Part shown: positions 48,069 to 57,344 of the stretch, piece by piece
Layout of the letters: each line of letters begins with the position of its first letter
Position numbering within the stretch: position 1 is the stretch's first letter
Assembly: GCA_963795085.1 (NCBI GenBank)
Contig: CAWCFX010000004.1
Coordinates: 608,001 to 672,000, forward strand
From: an uncultured Gemmatimonadales bacterium
GTDB taxonomy: Bacteria; Gemmatimonadota; Gemmatimonadetes; Gemmatimonadales; GWC2-71-9
DNA length: 64,000 nt
Reading direction: 5' to 3'
Program-made: the position numbers and the translations under genes
Notes under the pieces: generated by a model
Seen by the model: the letters and a program-made list of their open reading frames with translations, nothing else
The model's database searches: none
What the model was told of the DNA's origin: nothing

Positions 48069-49246
48069 GCGCGATCCGGAACCTGCGGCGGCATCCGCTC
48101 CGCACCGCCCTGGCGGTGCTCGGACTGGCGGTCAGTTCGGCCATGCTGCTCGACATGATCCTGCTCTCCGGCGGACTGGAGCGTTCCTTCGAACAGCTCC
48201 TCCTGAACCGGGGATACCAGGTCCGCATCAGTCCCAAAGGGACGCTTCCGTTCGACTCCGATGCCAGCATCGCCGGCGCCGGTCGCCTGCTGGATTCGCT
48301 CCGCGCGGTGCCCGGCGTCGCGGCGGTGGCGCCCGTCCTGGGAGCCTCGCTGCACGGCCGCCGGGGCGATTCACTACTCACGCTGGTCGGCTATGGTATC
48401 GATCCGGCCAACCAGGCGATGTACCAGGTGGAGGCGGGCCGCGACCTCGATCCCCGCGACACGGCGGGAATCCTCCTCAGCCTCCCCGCCCAGCGGGACC
48501 TGGGGATCACCATGGGCGACAGTATTACGGTGGCGGGGGCCCTCGACCCCCAGATGGCGCGGGCCGGACTGGAACGTACCATGGTGGTCAGAGGACTGGT
48601 CCGCTGGCTCTATGATCCGGAGGGACAACCGTCGGTGGGCACCGTGCTTTCCGTCGCCCAGCGGCTGCGGGGACCGGGCGGCGCGGACCGGGTGTCGTTC
48701 ATCGCGGTGCGGGTGGCGGATGGCACCGAGGTCTCCGCCCTGACGAACCGGCTGCGGGCGAGGTGGCCGCTGCTCGAGGTCAACAGCGTGGGCGACCTGG
48801 TCGCGCACTTCCGGACCCGCATGGTCTATTTCCACCAGCTCGCGTTCATCCTGGGCAGCATCAGCCTGGTGGTGACCCTGCTCCTGGTCGCCACCCTCCT
48901 GACGATCACCGTCAACGAGCGGCGGGGCGAGATCGCCACGCTCCGCGCCATCGGGGTGGGACGGATGCATATCGTGCGGGACGTCATGCTGGAGGGACTG
49001 GCCCTGACCGTCATCGGCGGCCTGGCCGGGGTGGCGCTCGGCCTGGTGACGGCCCGGTACCTGGACATCATCCTCACTTCCTTTCCCGGGCTGCCGGCGT
49101 CCATATCGTTTTTCGTGCCGCGGACCCGGGGCCTCGTGACGGCTGGCATCGTCCTACTCCTGAGCGGCACGCTGGCGGGTGCCTATCCGGCGTGGCTCGC
49201 CGCCAGCGCACCCATCGCTGAAGCCCTGCGCACGGAGGCGGCATGA
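48065..49246 (+). CDS. MacB/FtsX-type ABC permease (complete)
   Basis: NLRRHPLRTAL, VNERRGEIATLRAIG, YPAWLAA. Confidence 0.92.
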   Translation: MSAIRNLRRHPLRTALAVLGLAVSSAMLLDMILLSGGLERSFEQLLLNRGYQVRISPKGTLPFDSDASIAGAGRLLDSLRAVPGVAAVAPVLGASLHGRRGDSLLTLVGYGIDPANQAMYQVEAGRDLDPRDTAGILLSLPAQRDLGITMGDSITVAGALDPQMARAGLERTMVVRGLVRWLYDPEGQPSVGTVLSVAQRLRGPGGADRVSFIAVRVADGTEVSALTNRLRARWPLLEVNSVGDLVAHFRTRMVYFHQLAFILGSISLVVTLLLVATLLTITVNERRGEIATLRAIGVGRMHIVRDVMLEGLALTVIGGLAGVALGLVTARYLDIILTSFPGLPASISFFVPRTRGLVTAGIVLLLSGTLAGAYPAWLAASAPIAEALRTEAA

Positions 49247-49959
49247 CGAACGGCCTGGGCGCCGGGGGGCCAGGGGGCCGGGCAGTCGTGCTGCGGGCGG
49301 TGGATGTCCGAAAGGACTACCCGATGAACGGGGAGCAGGTGCATGCCGTGCGCGGGGTCTCGCTTGAAATAGAAACGGGCAGCCATACCGCCATCGTGGG
49401 GCCATCCGGCTGCGGCAAGTCCACCCTGCTGCACCTGCTCGGTGGCATTGACACTCCCAGTGCCGGGTTGGTGGAGATTCTCGGCACTTCGTTGTCACAG
49501 CTGACCAGCAGCCAGCTGACCCGGCTGCGCCTGCTCCGGCTGGGATTCATTTTCCAGCGGTTTCACCTGCTCCCGGTGCTCAGCGCGCGGGAAAACATCG
49601 AGTTGCCCCTGGCCGAGGCGGGGGTGCCGGGGCGGGAGCGGCGGGCCCGGGCTCTGGAGCTGCTGCGGTACGTGGGCCTCGGCGCGCGCGCCGACCACCG
49701 GGCGACCCAGCTCTCCGGCGGAGAGATGCAGCGGGTGGCCATCGCCCGCGCGATGGCGAACCGCCCCGCCATACTCCTCGCCGACGAACCCACCGGCGAA
49801 CTGGATGCCCGCACCGGCCGGGAGATTCTCGATCTCTTCCGCCGGCTCAACCAGGACGGCACCACGCTGGTCGTGGTCACCCACGACGAGCACCTGGCCG
49901 CCGAGGCCGGACAGCGCATCCATATGCTGGACGGCCGCATCGTGCCGGCGGAGCGGTAG
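49243..49959 (+). CDS. ABC ATP-binding protein (LolD/MacB-like)
   Basis: GPSGCGKST, LSGGEMQRV, LLADEPTG, VTHD. Confidence 0.96.
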   Translation: MTNGLGAGGPGGRAVVLRAVDVRKDYPMNGEQVHAVRGVSLEIETGSHTAIVGPSGCGKSTLLHLLGGIDTPSAGLVEILGTSLSQLTSSQLTRLRLLRLGFIFQRFHLLPVLSARENIELPLAEAGVPGRERRARALELLRYVGLGARADHRATQLSGGEMQRVAIARAMANRPAILLADEPTGELDARTGREILDLFRRLNQDGTTLVVVTHDEHLAAEAGQRIHMLDGRIVPAER

Positions 49960-49963
49960 GGGC

Positions 49964-51394
49964 ATGCTGTTCACCCTGGCATTCCGGCCGCTGCTGGTGC
50001 GGCGGGGACGATCGCTCTTCCTGCTCACCGGCTATGCGCTCGGCGTCGGTGTCATGATCGTGCTCCTGTCCGTGGGCGAGGCCATGCTGGACCAGTCGCG
50101 GGACGTGTCGCTGGTGGGCGGCGGCGAGGTGACCGTGCTTCCCGAGGGTATCGACATCGAGGCGTTGCGCACCGGCGGGCTGTCGGGGCTGTTCTTTACG
50201 GTGGACCGGGCCCGGTACGTAACCCGCCAGGCGCTGGGCGGGCCCCGTTATGCGGGCATGGTGGAAGCCGTCTCGCCCTCCCTCGAGCACAAGCTGATAT
50301 ACCTGGCGCACGGGCCGGATACCGTGGCGGTCCAGGCGGGCGCCGAGGTTCCCAGCCGCGCGGCTGCGGTGGGGGCGGGCCTCCGGGTCCTCCTGGGAGA
50401 ATGGGACGACACGCCCCGAGACTCGGCCTATATCGCGCCCACTGCGCAGCAGCTCTACGACGAGATCGACCGGTTCCACCTGCCCCAGACCGCCGACTCG
50501 AGTTGGGGGGAGTGGCACTACTTCAACGTCGTCACCGGTCCGGATGAGTGGTGGTATATCAGCTTCCTGGTGGGAGGCCTGGTCCCGGACGGCCGCTGGG
50601 GTGGCCAGGTGATTATCACCCACCGGCGGCCGGATGGCCGGTATGAGAAACTGGAGCAGGCGGTGCCCGCGGCGGCGGTCCGGTTCGATACCGCGGCGGC
50701 TGGCCTGGTCCTGGGGGCGAACCGGGTGGAGCAGCGCCAGGGGAAGTACACGGTGACCATCCGGCTCCCCTCGCAGCGGCTCAGCATGGACCTGCAGATT
50801 CGCCCGGCGCCTTTCCATTACTTCCCGCCCGTGCAGTTGCGGGAAGGGGAGTTTACCTCCGGGTACGCCGTCGCCGCCGTGCGAGGGACCGCGGAGGGAG
50901 AGATCTGCCTCGACCAGTGCCGGCCGGTGTCCAACGCGCCAGCCTATCACGATCACAACTGGGGCGTCTGGAGGGGCGTCTCCTGGGAGTGGGGCGCGGC
51001 GGCGGGTCCGCGTCTGAGTTTCCTGTACGGCCAGGTCCAGGCCCCCGACAGCGCTACCGCGCCGGAGCCCTTCTTCTTTGCGCTGCTGGATTCCATGGGC
51101 GTGCGGCAGGTGCTGACCTCGCGCTCCATTCGCTTCGAGGGAGACTTGCCGGTGGCGACCGGCGGACCGGCAACGGCACCGGGGCGATTCGAGTTCGTGG
51201 CGGGGCGGGGCGCGGACAGTGTGCGGGTGCGAGTCCAGGTGCGGGAGGCGGCGGGGACCCGGATGGCGTCAGCCGGATTCGAGCGCTATTTCCTGCAGAT
51301 GCGGGGAAGCTTTCTTCTGACCGGGGTGATCGGGGGAGAGCCGATCCGGGAGGAAGGGACAGGCTTCTTCGAAACCTGGCGGCGGCCGCCCTGA
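49964..51394 (+). CDS. Fusion: MacB-type permease N-terminal half + AttH/CrtC-like (double lipocalin) domain
   Basis: N-terminal RRGRSLFLLTGYALGVGV TM; then WGEWHYFN, AYHDHNWG, WEWG, GFFE. Confidence 0.75.
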   Translation: MLFTLAFRPLLVRRGRSLFLLTGYALGVGVMIVLLSVGEAMLDQSRDVSLVGGGEVTVLPEGIDIEALRTGGLSGLFFTVDRARYVTRQALGGPRYAGMVEAVSPSLEHKLIYLAHGPDTVAVQAGAEVPSRAAAVGAGLRVLLGEWDDTPRDSAYIAPTAQQLYDEIDRFHLPQTADSSWGEWHYFNVVTGPDEWWYISFLVGGLVPDGRWGGQVIITHRRPDGRYEKLEQAVPAAAVRFDTAAAGLVLGANRVEQRQGKYTVTIRLPSQRLSMDLQIRPAPFHYFPPVQLREGEFTSGYAVAAVRGTAEGEICLDQCRPVSNAPAYHDHNWGVWRGVSWEWGAAAGPRLSFLYGQVQAPDSATAPEPFFFALLDSMGVRQVLTSRSIRFEGDLPVATGGPATAPGRFEFVAGRGADSVRVRVQVREAAGTRMASAGFERYFLQMRGSFLLTGVIGGEPIREEGTGFFETWRRPP

Positions 51395-51413
51395 CGGCCG
51401 GACCGCGGAACCG

Positions 51414-51932
51414 TCAGGCATCGGCAGCGCGAAGATCCCGGACCTGTTCGGTGTGGCGGTCGGTGTGGGTGGCCAGGAAAAGGATCCACTGGTGGCCGTC
51501 CAGCGCCTTGAGAGAGGGATGGGGGGCGCAGTAGTCCCGCAGGTTTCGCGTCTCTTTCGCGAGTAGTTCGATCGTGGCGCTCCTTGCCCGGCGGAACGCG
51601 TCCACCGCCTGGTCCGGACTGGGCCACCGTCCGGCGGGCTGGACCAGGTCAGGGGCCTTCCTCCGCGTCATCCGATCCCGCATGGCTGCGACGATGAGAT
51701 CATCCTTGCCGATGGTCTGGGCATGATGCTCGGGGGCGCAGGGCGCCACAAGGAGCCGGCGGGCCAGCAACTCGTTCACGCCGATCTCGACCGTGGCGAT
51801 GTGCTCGACCACCTCGAGCACCGACCAGCGGTCCGGCGCCGGCTTTGCGGTCCACGCCGGCGGGTCCAGGCCGTCCAGGGCCTCAAGAAACGCGGTCCGG
51901 CTGGTTTCGAGGTGCTTCATCAGGGCCTGCAT
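51414..51932 (-). CDS. DinB family protein
   Basis: WSVLEVVEHI, HTDRH. Confidence 0.88.
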   Translation of the reverse strand: MQALMKHLETSRTAFLEALDGLDPPAWTAKPAPDRWSVLEVVEHIATVEIGVNELLARRLLVAPCAPEHHAQTIGKDDLIVAAMRDRMTRRKAPDLVQPAGRWPSPDQAVDAFRRARSATIELLAKETRNLRDYCAPHPSLKALDGHQWILFLATHTDRHTEQVRDLRAADA

Positions 51933-52035
51933 GATTGGATCCGGATAGAGGAAGCTGAAAAATAGCCGCTTGGTTGCGCCCCGACCGAATTGCGCCGATC
52001 TTCCTTGGCGGAACGCATCCCTTTCCTACGGATCC

Positions 52036-54897
52036 ATGGCCACACCCGAGATGCTGCAGGAGGCCCTGAGGGACAAGTACAGGGTCGAGAAGGAAATTGG
52101 CGCGGGCGGCATGGCGACCGTCTACCGCGCGCTGGATCTCAAGCACCAGCGGGCGGTGGCGATCAAGGTGCTCAGGCCGGAGCTGGCCGCCTCGCTGGGC
52201 ACCGAGCGGTTCCTGCGAGAAATCGAACTGGCGGCCCGGCTGCAACACCCGCATATCCTTCCGCTGTACGATTCCGGTTCCGCGGCCGGGATTCTCTATT
52301 ACGTGATGCCCTTCGTCGAGGGCGAATCGCTGCGCGACCGGCTCCAGCGGGAGAAAACCATTCCCCTGGAAACTGCGGTCCAGCTGACCCGCGAGGTGGC
52401 CAGCGCCCTGGCGTACGCCCACAGTCACGGGGTCGTCCACCGGGACATCAAACCGGAAAACATCATGCTCTCCGGGGGCCATGCCGTGGTAGCCGATTTT
52501 GGTATCGCGCGCGCCCTGGACGCGGCATCCGGTGGCGAGCGGCTGACCGGCATGGGGCTGTCTATCGGCACCCCGGCATACATGAGCCCGGAACAGGCGA
52601 CCGCGAGCGACGAGGTCGGTCCCCCCAGCGACGTGTATTCGCTCGCCTGCGTTCTCTACGAAACCCTGACGGGCCAGCAGGCATTCTCGGGGCCCTCGGT
52701 GCAGTCGGTGATCACCAAGAGTATCTCCGGCCCCCGGCCGCACGTGCGCGCCGTGGACAAATCGGTGCCCCAGGCGATCGACGCGGTCATCGTCCAGGCC
52801 CTGGCCCAGGACCCGGCCGAGCGGTTCCCCGGTGCCACCGAGTTCTCCGACAACCTCGACGCGGCGCTGCGGGGCGAGTTCAGGGGAGCCAAACGGTGGA
52901 CGCCGATCCTGGCCGGCCTGGTCACCGCCCTACTCTTTATCGGGGCGTTTCTCGGGTATCGTGCCTGGTCCACCCGGAGCCCGGTGCGCAGCGGCGCGGA
53001 GCTGATCGCGGTGCTGCCCTTTACGACGGCGGGGAGCGGGGTGGAGTTGCTGGGCGAGGGCATGGTCGACCTGCTCTCCACCAATCTCAACGCGGTCGGC
53101 GGGATCGCCACGGTGGATCCGCGAAGCGTGCTTTCCCGCTGGAAGAAGCAGGGCAGCACCGACCGCAACGCGGCGCTGGCCATCGCCCGCGCCCTGGAGG
53201 CCGGCTCGTTTCTTACCGGCAGCGTGGTCGCCGCGGGGCATACCGTGCGGATCAACGCCGAGCTGACCTCGGTAAACGGCGAGTCGCTGGCCAAGGCGCA
53301 GATCGACGGAACATCCGACAACCTGATCGGGCTGGTGGACAGCCTCAGCCTGGCCCTGCTCCGGGATATCTGGCGGTCGAACAAGCCGCTTCCCTCGCTG
53401 CACGTCGCCGCGATCACCACCAGCTCGGTGGACGCGATCCGCGCCTTCCTCTCCGGCGAGAAGGCCTATCGCGAAGCCCGCTGGGACAGCGCGACCGCGT
53501 TCTTCTCCCGTGCGGTAGAGCTGGACTCGACCTTCGCGCTGGCCAACTTCCGCCTCGCTCTCTCCTATGGATGGAACGGCGGCTGGCAAAGCGAGCGCTC
53601 CCGGAAGGCGACGGAGGCCGCCGTCCGCTTCGTGAACCGGTTGCCCGAGCGGGACCGGGCGCTGCTCACCGGGTACCGGCTGTTCACGCAGGCCAACCTC
53701 GCCGCGGTGGACAGCATGCGCCGATACCTCGCCCGGTATCCCGGCGATCCGGATGGCTGGTTCATCCTCGCCGACGCCCAGTACCACATGAATGCACTGG
53801 TGGGATTGTCGCCGGCTCAGCTCCGGGCACCGTTCGATTCGGTGCTGCGGCTGGATCCGACGCTGGTGCCCGCTTACTTCCACCCGGTCGAATCGGCGCT
53901 GATGCGGCGGGACAGCGCCCTGTTTACGGCCTATGTGGCTACCATCGATTCGGTGCTCGGCAAGGAAACGGCGGGGCAGTTCCGGCTGGCCGGACGGGCC
54001 GTCTGGGGGCCGGGACGCGACTCGGCCTACGCCGAGTTGACTACGGCGCAGGTTGGGCTGGCCGGTTCCGCTCTCATGTCGGAATATTACAGCCCCACCC
54101 CGGACCTCGGCGTGGTGAACCGGGAGATCACCCGGCAGTTCAGCCGCGGCATGGGCGGACCCCAGGCGGAAGCCCAGCTACTGATCAGCCGGGTGTCGGT
54201 CTACGTCGGGTTGGGACAATTGGGTAAGGCCCGGCAGCTCACCGACTCGTTGATGACGGTCAGCCGCGACTTCGGGTACTCGGCAATGCTGCAGCCGGTC
54301 TATGCCGGGCTAATTCCTGCCGATTCGGTTCGCCAGATAATTGCGGCGGTAGAGCAGGCCCCGCTCACCTATCCCCAGGTCGCGATGACCCGGGCGACGA
54401 TCGCGCTCAGCCAGAACGACGCGGCGGCGGCCAAACGGGTGCTGGATGAGGCCCTCAAGCAGACCGGGGAGATGTACAACGAGGAGTTCCGCGCCGTGCT
54501 CCGCGCATACCGGGGGTGGGCGGAGGTCGTGGCGGGCGATACGGTGGCGGGGATTCGCACCATCGAAACAGAGCTGGGGCGGTCCGGCAACATCGGCATC
54601 AGCTGGGCGACTTCGAACCTGCGGTTTCACTACGCCGGCATCCTGGCCTCCCGTCCCTCCACGCGGGACCAGGGCCTCCGGCTCCTGCAACATACCTTCA
54701 GCAGCGGCCCCGATATCATGTACCTGCCGCTGACTTTCCTGGTGGCGGGCCGTGCCCTGGAAGATGCCGGACGGCGGGCTGAGGCGGCCGAGGCATACGG
54801 CCAGTTCATCCGGCTGTGGAAGGACGCCGACGCTTCGCAACAGGGGCGAGTCCGGGAAGCGCGCGAGGGACTGCAGCGGGTGAGCGGGGAGAAGTGA
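52036..54897 (+). CDS. Membrane Ser/Thr protein kinase with TolB-N-like and TPR-like extracellular region
   Basis: GAGGMATV, VAIK, HRDIKPEN, DFG, GTPAYMSPE; TM; IAVLPF. Confidence 0.94.
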   Translation: MATPEMLQEALRDKYRVEKEIGAGGMATVYRALDLKHQRAVAIKVLRPELAASLGTERFLREIELAARLQHPHILPLYDSGSAAGILYYVMPFVEGESLRDRLQREKTIPLETAVQLTREVASALAYAHSHGVVHRDIKPENIMLSGGHAVVADFGIARALDAASGGERLTGMGLSIGTPAYMSPEQATASDEVGPPSDVYSLACVLYETLTGQQAFSGPSVQSVITKSISGPRPHVRAVDKSVPQAIDAVIVQALAQDPAERFPGATEFSDNLDAALRGEFRGAKRWTPILAGLVTALLFIGAFLGYRAWSTRSPVRSGAELIAVLPFTTAGSGVELLGEGMVDLLSTNLNAVGGIATVDPRSVLSRWKKQGSTDRNAALAIARALEAGSFLTGSVVAAGHTVRINAELTSVNGESLAKAQIDGTSDNLIGLVDSLSLALLRDIWRSNKPLPSLHVAAITTSSVDAIRAFLSGEKAYREARWDSATAFFSRAVELDSTFALANFRLALSYGWNGGWQSERSRKATEAAVRFVNRLPERDRALLTGYRLFTQANLAAVDSMRRYLARYPGDPDGWFILADAQYHMNALVGLSPAQLRAPFDSVLRLDPTLVPAYFHPVESALMRRDSALFTAYVATIDSVLGKETAGQFRLAGRAVWGPGRDSAYAELTTAQVGLAGSALMSEYYSPTPDLGVVNREITRQFSRGMGGPQAEAQLLISRVSVYVGLGQLGKARQLTDSLMTVSRDFGYSAMLQPVYAGLIPADSVRQIIAAVEQAPLTYPQVAMTRATIALSQNDAAAAKRVLDEALKQTGEMYNEEFRAVLRAYRGWAEVVAGDTVAGIRTIETELGRSGNIGISWATSNLRFHYAGILASRPSTRDQGLRLLQHTFSSGPDIMYLPLTFLVAGRALEDAGRRAEAAEAYGQFIRLWKDADASQQGRVREAREGLQRVSGEK

Positions 54898-54980
54898 GAA
54901 GTGCGAGAGGTGAGAAGTGAGAGGCCATCCTTTCATCACCTCGCCCCTCGCACCTCTTAATTCTTACTTCTCACCACTTA
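54889..54980. repeat. Inverted pair of tandem heptamer arrays (GTGAGAA / TCACCTC-like)
   Basis: Purine-rich arm 54889-54924 across and after the kinase stop; pyrimidine-rich arm 54936-54980. Confidence 0.8.
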
Positions 54981-55893
54981 TTTCGTCCCTTCCCGCCTCA
55001 GTGCCGTAGGCCAGCGCCGGAACCGTCGCCAGGTACCGGCGCACCGCGCGGAGTTCACTATCCGTCATCCGACCGTAGGCTTTCCACGGCATGAATGAAT
55101 CGATCGCCGTGCCGTTGGGCCGCTTTCCCCCGCGAAACGCACGAAGAAAATCCGTATCGGTCCAGTCACCGATTCCTGCCGGGGTGATATTGGTTGCCGG
55201 CGGATCATCCGGGCCTCCCGCGAGTTTCCCCCCGTTGAGATTCTCGCCGTGACAGGCCTGGCAGCCGCTGGTGGCGACGATGTAGCCGCCGTACTCCACG
55301 GTTTCTCCCTCCGGCGGGGCGGTGGGGATCGGTGCCTCGTGATTGACCAGTCGTGCCACGGCCAGCGCCGTGGGGCTGGTGGCGATGATCATCCGGCCAA
55401 TGGGGCCCAGTTCGGTTCGCGGCAGGGAGCGGCTCACCGGCGGGAGGGTCTTGAGATAGGCGATGATCGCGGCCAGATCGCCGGCTCCCAGGCGGGCAAA
55501 TACCTCGGAGGGCATGAAGAGCAGGGAAGTTCCGTCGGGCCGAAGCCCATGCCGGATGCCCCGGACCCAGTCCGCATTGGTATAGCGGGCGCCGATCCCG
55601 CCGGGCGTGAGATTGCTTCCCACGAAACGTCCGAAGGGCATGCCGTCAACCGCCACCTTGCCGCCCAGGTCCTCGCCGTGGCAGGTCACGCAGATCTGCC
55701 GCGCCGTTACCAGGTGCCGGCCCCGCTCTACCGAAGCCGAGTCAGTGGGGATTGTGAGGGCAGCGGGGGAAACATCCCAGGTCTGCCTCAGATTTCGGCC
55801 GCTCCAGACGTAGAGCCCGGCACCGGTGAGAAGGATCAGCAGGACAATCACGCCGAGCACGATTCCGAGTCTGCGAACCAGTCTTCCAGCCAT
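54964..55893 (-). CDS. Membrane-anchored diheme cytochrome c
   Basis: CVTCHGE and CQACHGE, N(L/I)TP, MPS and MPW axial Met motifs. Confidence 0.92.
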   Translation of the reverse strand: MAGRLVRRLGIVLGVIVLLILLTGAGLYVWSGRNLRQTWDVSPAALTIPTDSASVERGRHLVTARQICVTCHGEDLGGKVAVDGMPFGRFVGSNLTPGGIGARYTNADWVRGIRHGLRPDGTSLLFMPSEVFARLGAGDLAAIIAYLKTLPPVSRSLPRTELGPIGRMIIATSPTALAVARLVNHEAPIPTAPPEGETVEYGGYIVATSGCQACHGENLNGGKLAGGPDDPPATNITPAGIGDWTDTDFLRAFRGGKRPNGTAIDSFMPWKAYGRMTDSELRAVRRYLATVPALAYGTEAGRDEISGEK

Positions 55894-55946
55894 GAGGGAT
55901 TCTCCAGAGTGGGAGCCATTTCCAGGAACCACATCGGCCTGAACAT

Positions 55947-55985
55947 CCTCTCCCTTCTCACCTCTCACTTCTCCCTTCGTACTCT
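55947..55985. repeat. Tandem heptamer array TC(A/C)C(C/T)TC, about 5 units
   Basis: TCCCTTC TCACCTC TCACTTC TCCCTTC; purine-rich on the minus strand directly after the stop at 55986. Confidence 0.8.
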
Positions 55986-57344
55986 TCAGATTCCAACCCT
56001 TACCACGACCCCTGCCGTCCGGTATTCGAACGCCCCGGTGGTCGAGCTTTCGGCGCTGTTACTGATTCCCGCGAATACCTCGACCACGTTGTCGCTCCCC
56101 CAGTGCCGCCCGATCCGGCCTTCCAGGTGCCATTCGCCCTGGAAGTCCGACCCGGTGCCGATTTGCTGCACGCCGAGGCCTCCGCTGATCCGGCCGGTCC
56201 AGGGGAGGGTACTCCTGGTGTAGCCGCCCCGGGCCTCGTACACGGTAAACCGATCCGGGGAGAAGTATCCCACGCCCTTGAAATCATAGCCAAGCGCGCG
56301 GGCCATGATGCCGACGAAGAAGTCCCGGCGCAAGGTCTGGGTCAGGGTGAGGATCCCGGCGGTCCGGGAGTTGTCATCGCTCAGGGCGGTGAACGACGCC
56401 CCGGCGCCCAGCACCAGGCCCGGACGAAGCACGCCATCGCCGCTGGCTTCGATCACGTCCAGGTCCAGGTTACGCCCGATGAGCAGCGCGGTTTCGTCGA
56501 ACGGGTAATGCGCGTATCCCAGCCCAATGCCGGCCCTGCCCAGCCGGTAGGCTGCCGCCAGCCGGACGGTGCCCGCGGTACGGGCCGCACCGGTGTCAGG
56601 AGAGAGGCGGCGGGCACCCAGCGCGCCGGTGAGGCGGAGATCTCCCAACCCGTAGATGACACCCGCCTCGGCGCCCACTCTGCTCGCATCCCGAACCGGG
56701 TCGCTGGCCTGGAGGGCGCCGACGGACCCGGTAAGAACAACGCCGTCCACGAGCATGTAGGAAGCGCCGAGGCTCTGCCACCAGGTGGTGTTGTTGTCGG
56801 AATCGTTGCTCCACCCCAGGGTCAGCTCGGGCTGGGGGCGGAGCGCGCGGCGGACCGACCGATCCAGTTCCTGCGCCGCCCGGTTTCCGGGATCCGCTGC
56901 CAGCGCCCGGCTGGAGTACACCCCGGCCCGGGAGGGGCGCCCCTGCCAGAGATGGACCTGGCCCAGGCCGGCCAGCGCGTCCGGGTGGTCAGGATGGCGG
57001 GCCAGAACGCTGTCGTAGAGTGCGATCGCCTGGCCGCTCCTGCCCGCCCAACTGAGAACCCTGGCCTCCGTGGCCTGAATGTCCGGGTCCGCCGGGTCCC
57101 CGGAGCGCGCCCGGCGGATCAGGATCAGGGCGGAATCGAGGCGGCCGTCCCACGACGCCAGGATTCCCAGGCGGTAGTTGGCGCGGACGGAACCGGGATC
57201 GCTCGCCAGGGCGAGCTCATAGTTGATGCGGGCGAGATGATAATCACCGGCGGCCCAGGCAGAGTCGGCGGCCGCCTGCTGGGCCCGGAGCGGACCCGCG
57301 AGTAGCAGGACAGCAGTGGCCATGGCCAGGCTTCGCGGTCTCAC
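55986..57344 (-). CDS. TPR + outer-membrane beta-barrel protein
   Basis: Signal peptide, TPR helices (ARVLSWAG), beta-strand C-half with GYFSP; GTGA overlap with the upstream gene. Confidence 0.8.
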   Translation of the reverse strand: MRPRSLAMATAVLLLAGPLRAQQAAADSAWAAGDYHLARINYELALASDPGSVRANYRLGILASWDGRLDSALILIRRARSGDPADPDIQATEARVLSWAGRSGQAIALYDSVLARHPDHPDALAGLGQVHLWQGRPSRAGVYSSRALAADPGNRAAQELDRSVRRALRPQPELTLGWSNDSDNNTTWWQSLGASYMLVDGVVLTGSVGALQASDPVRDASRVGAEAGVIYGLGDLRLTGALGARRLSPDTGAARTAGTVRLAAAYRLGRAGIGLGYAHYPFDETALLIGRNLDLDVIEASGDGVLRPGLVLGAGASFTALSDDNSRTAGILTLTQTLRRDFFVGIMARALGYDFKGVGYFSPDRFTVYEARGGYTRSTLPWTGRISGGLGVQQIGTGSDFQGEWHLEGRIGRHWGSDNVVEVFAGISNSAESSTTGAFEYRTAGVVVRVGI

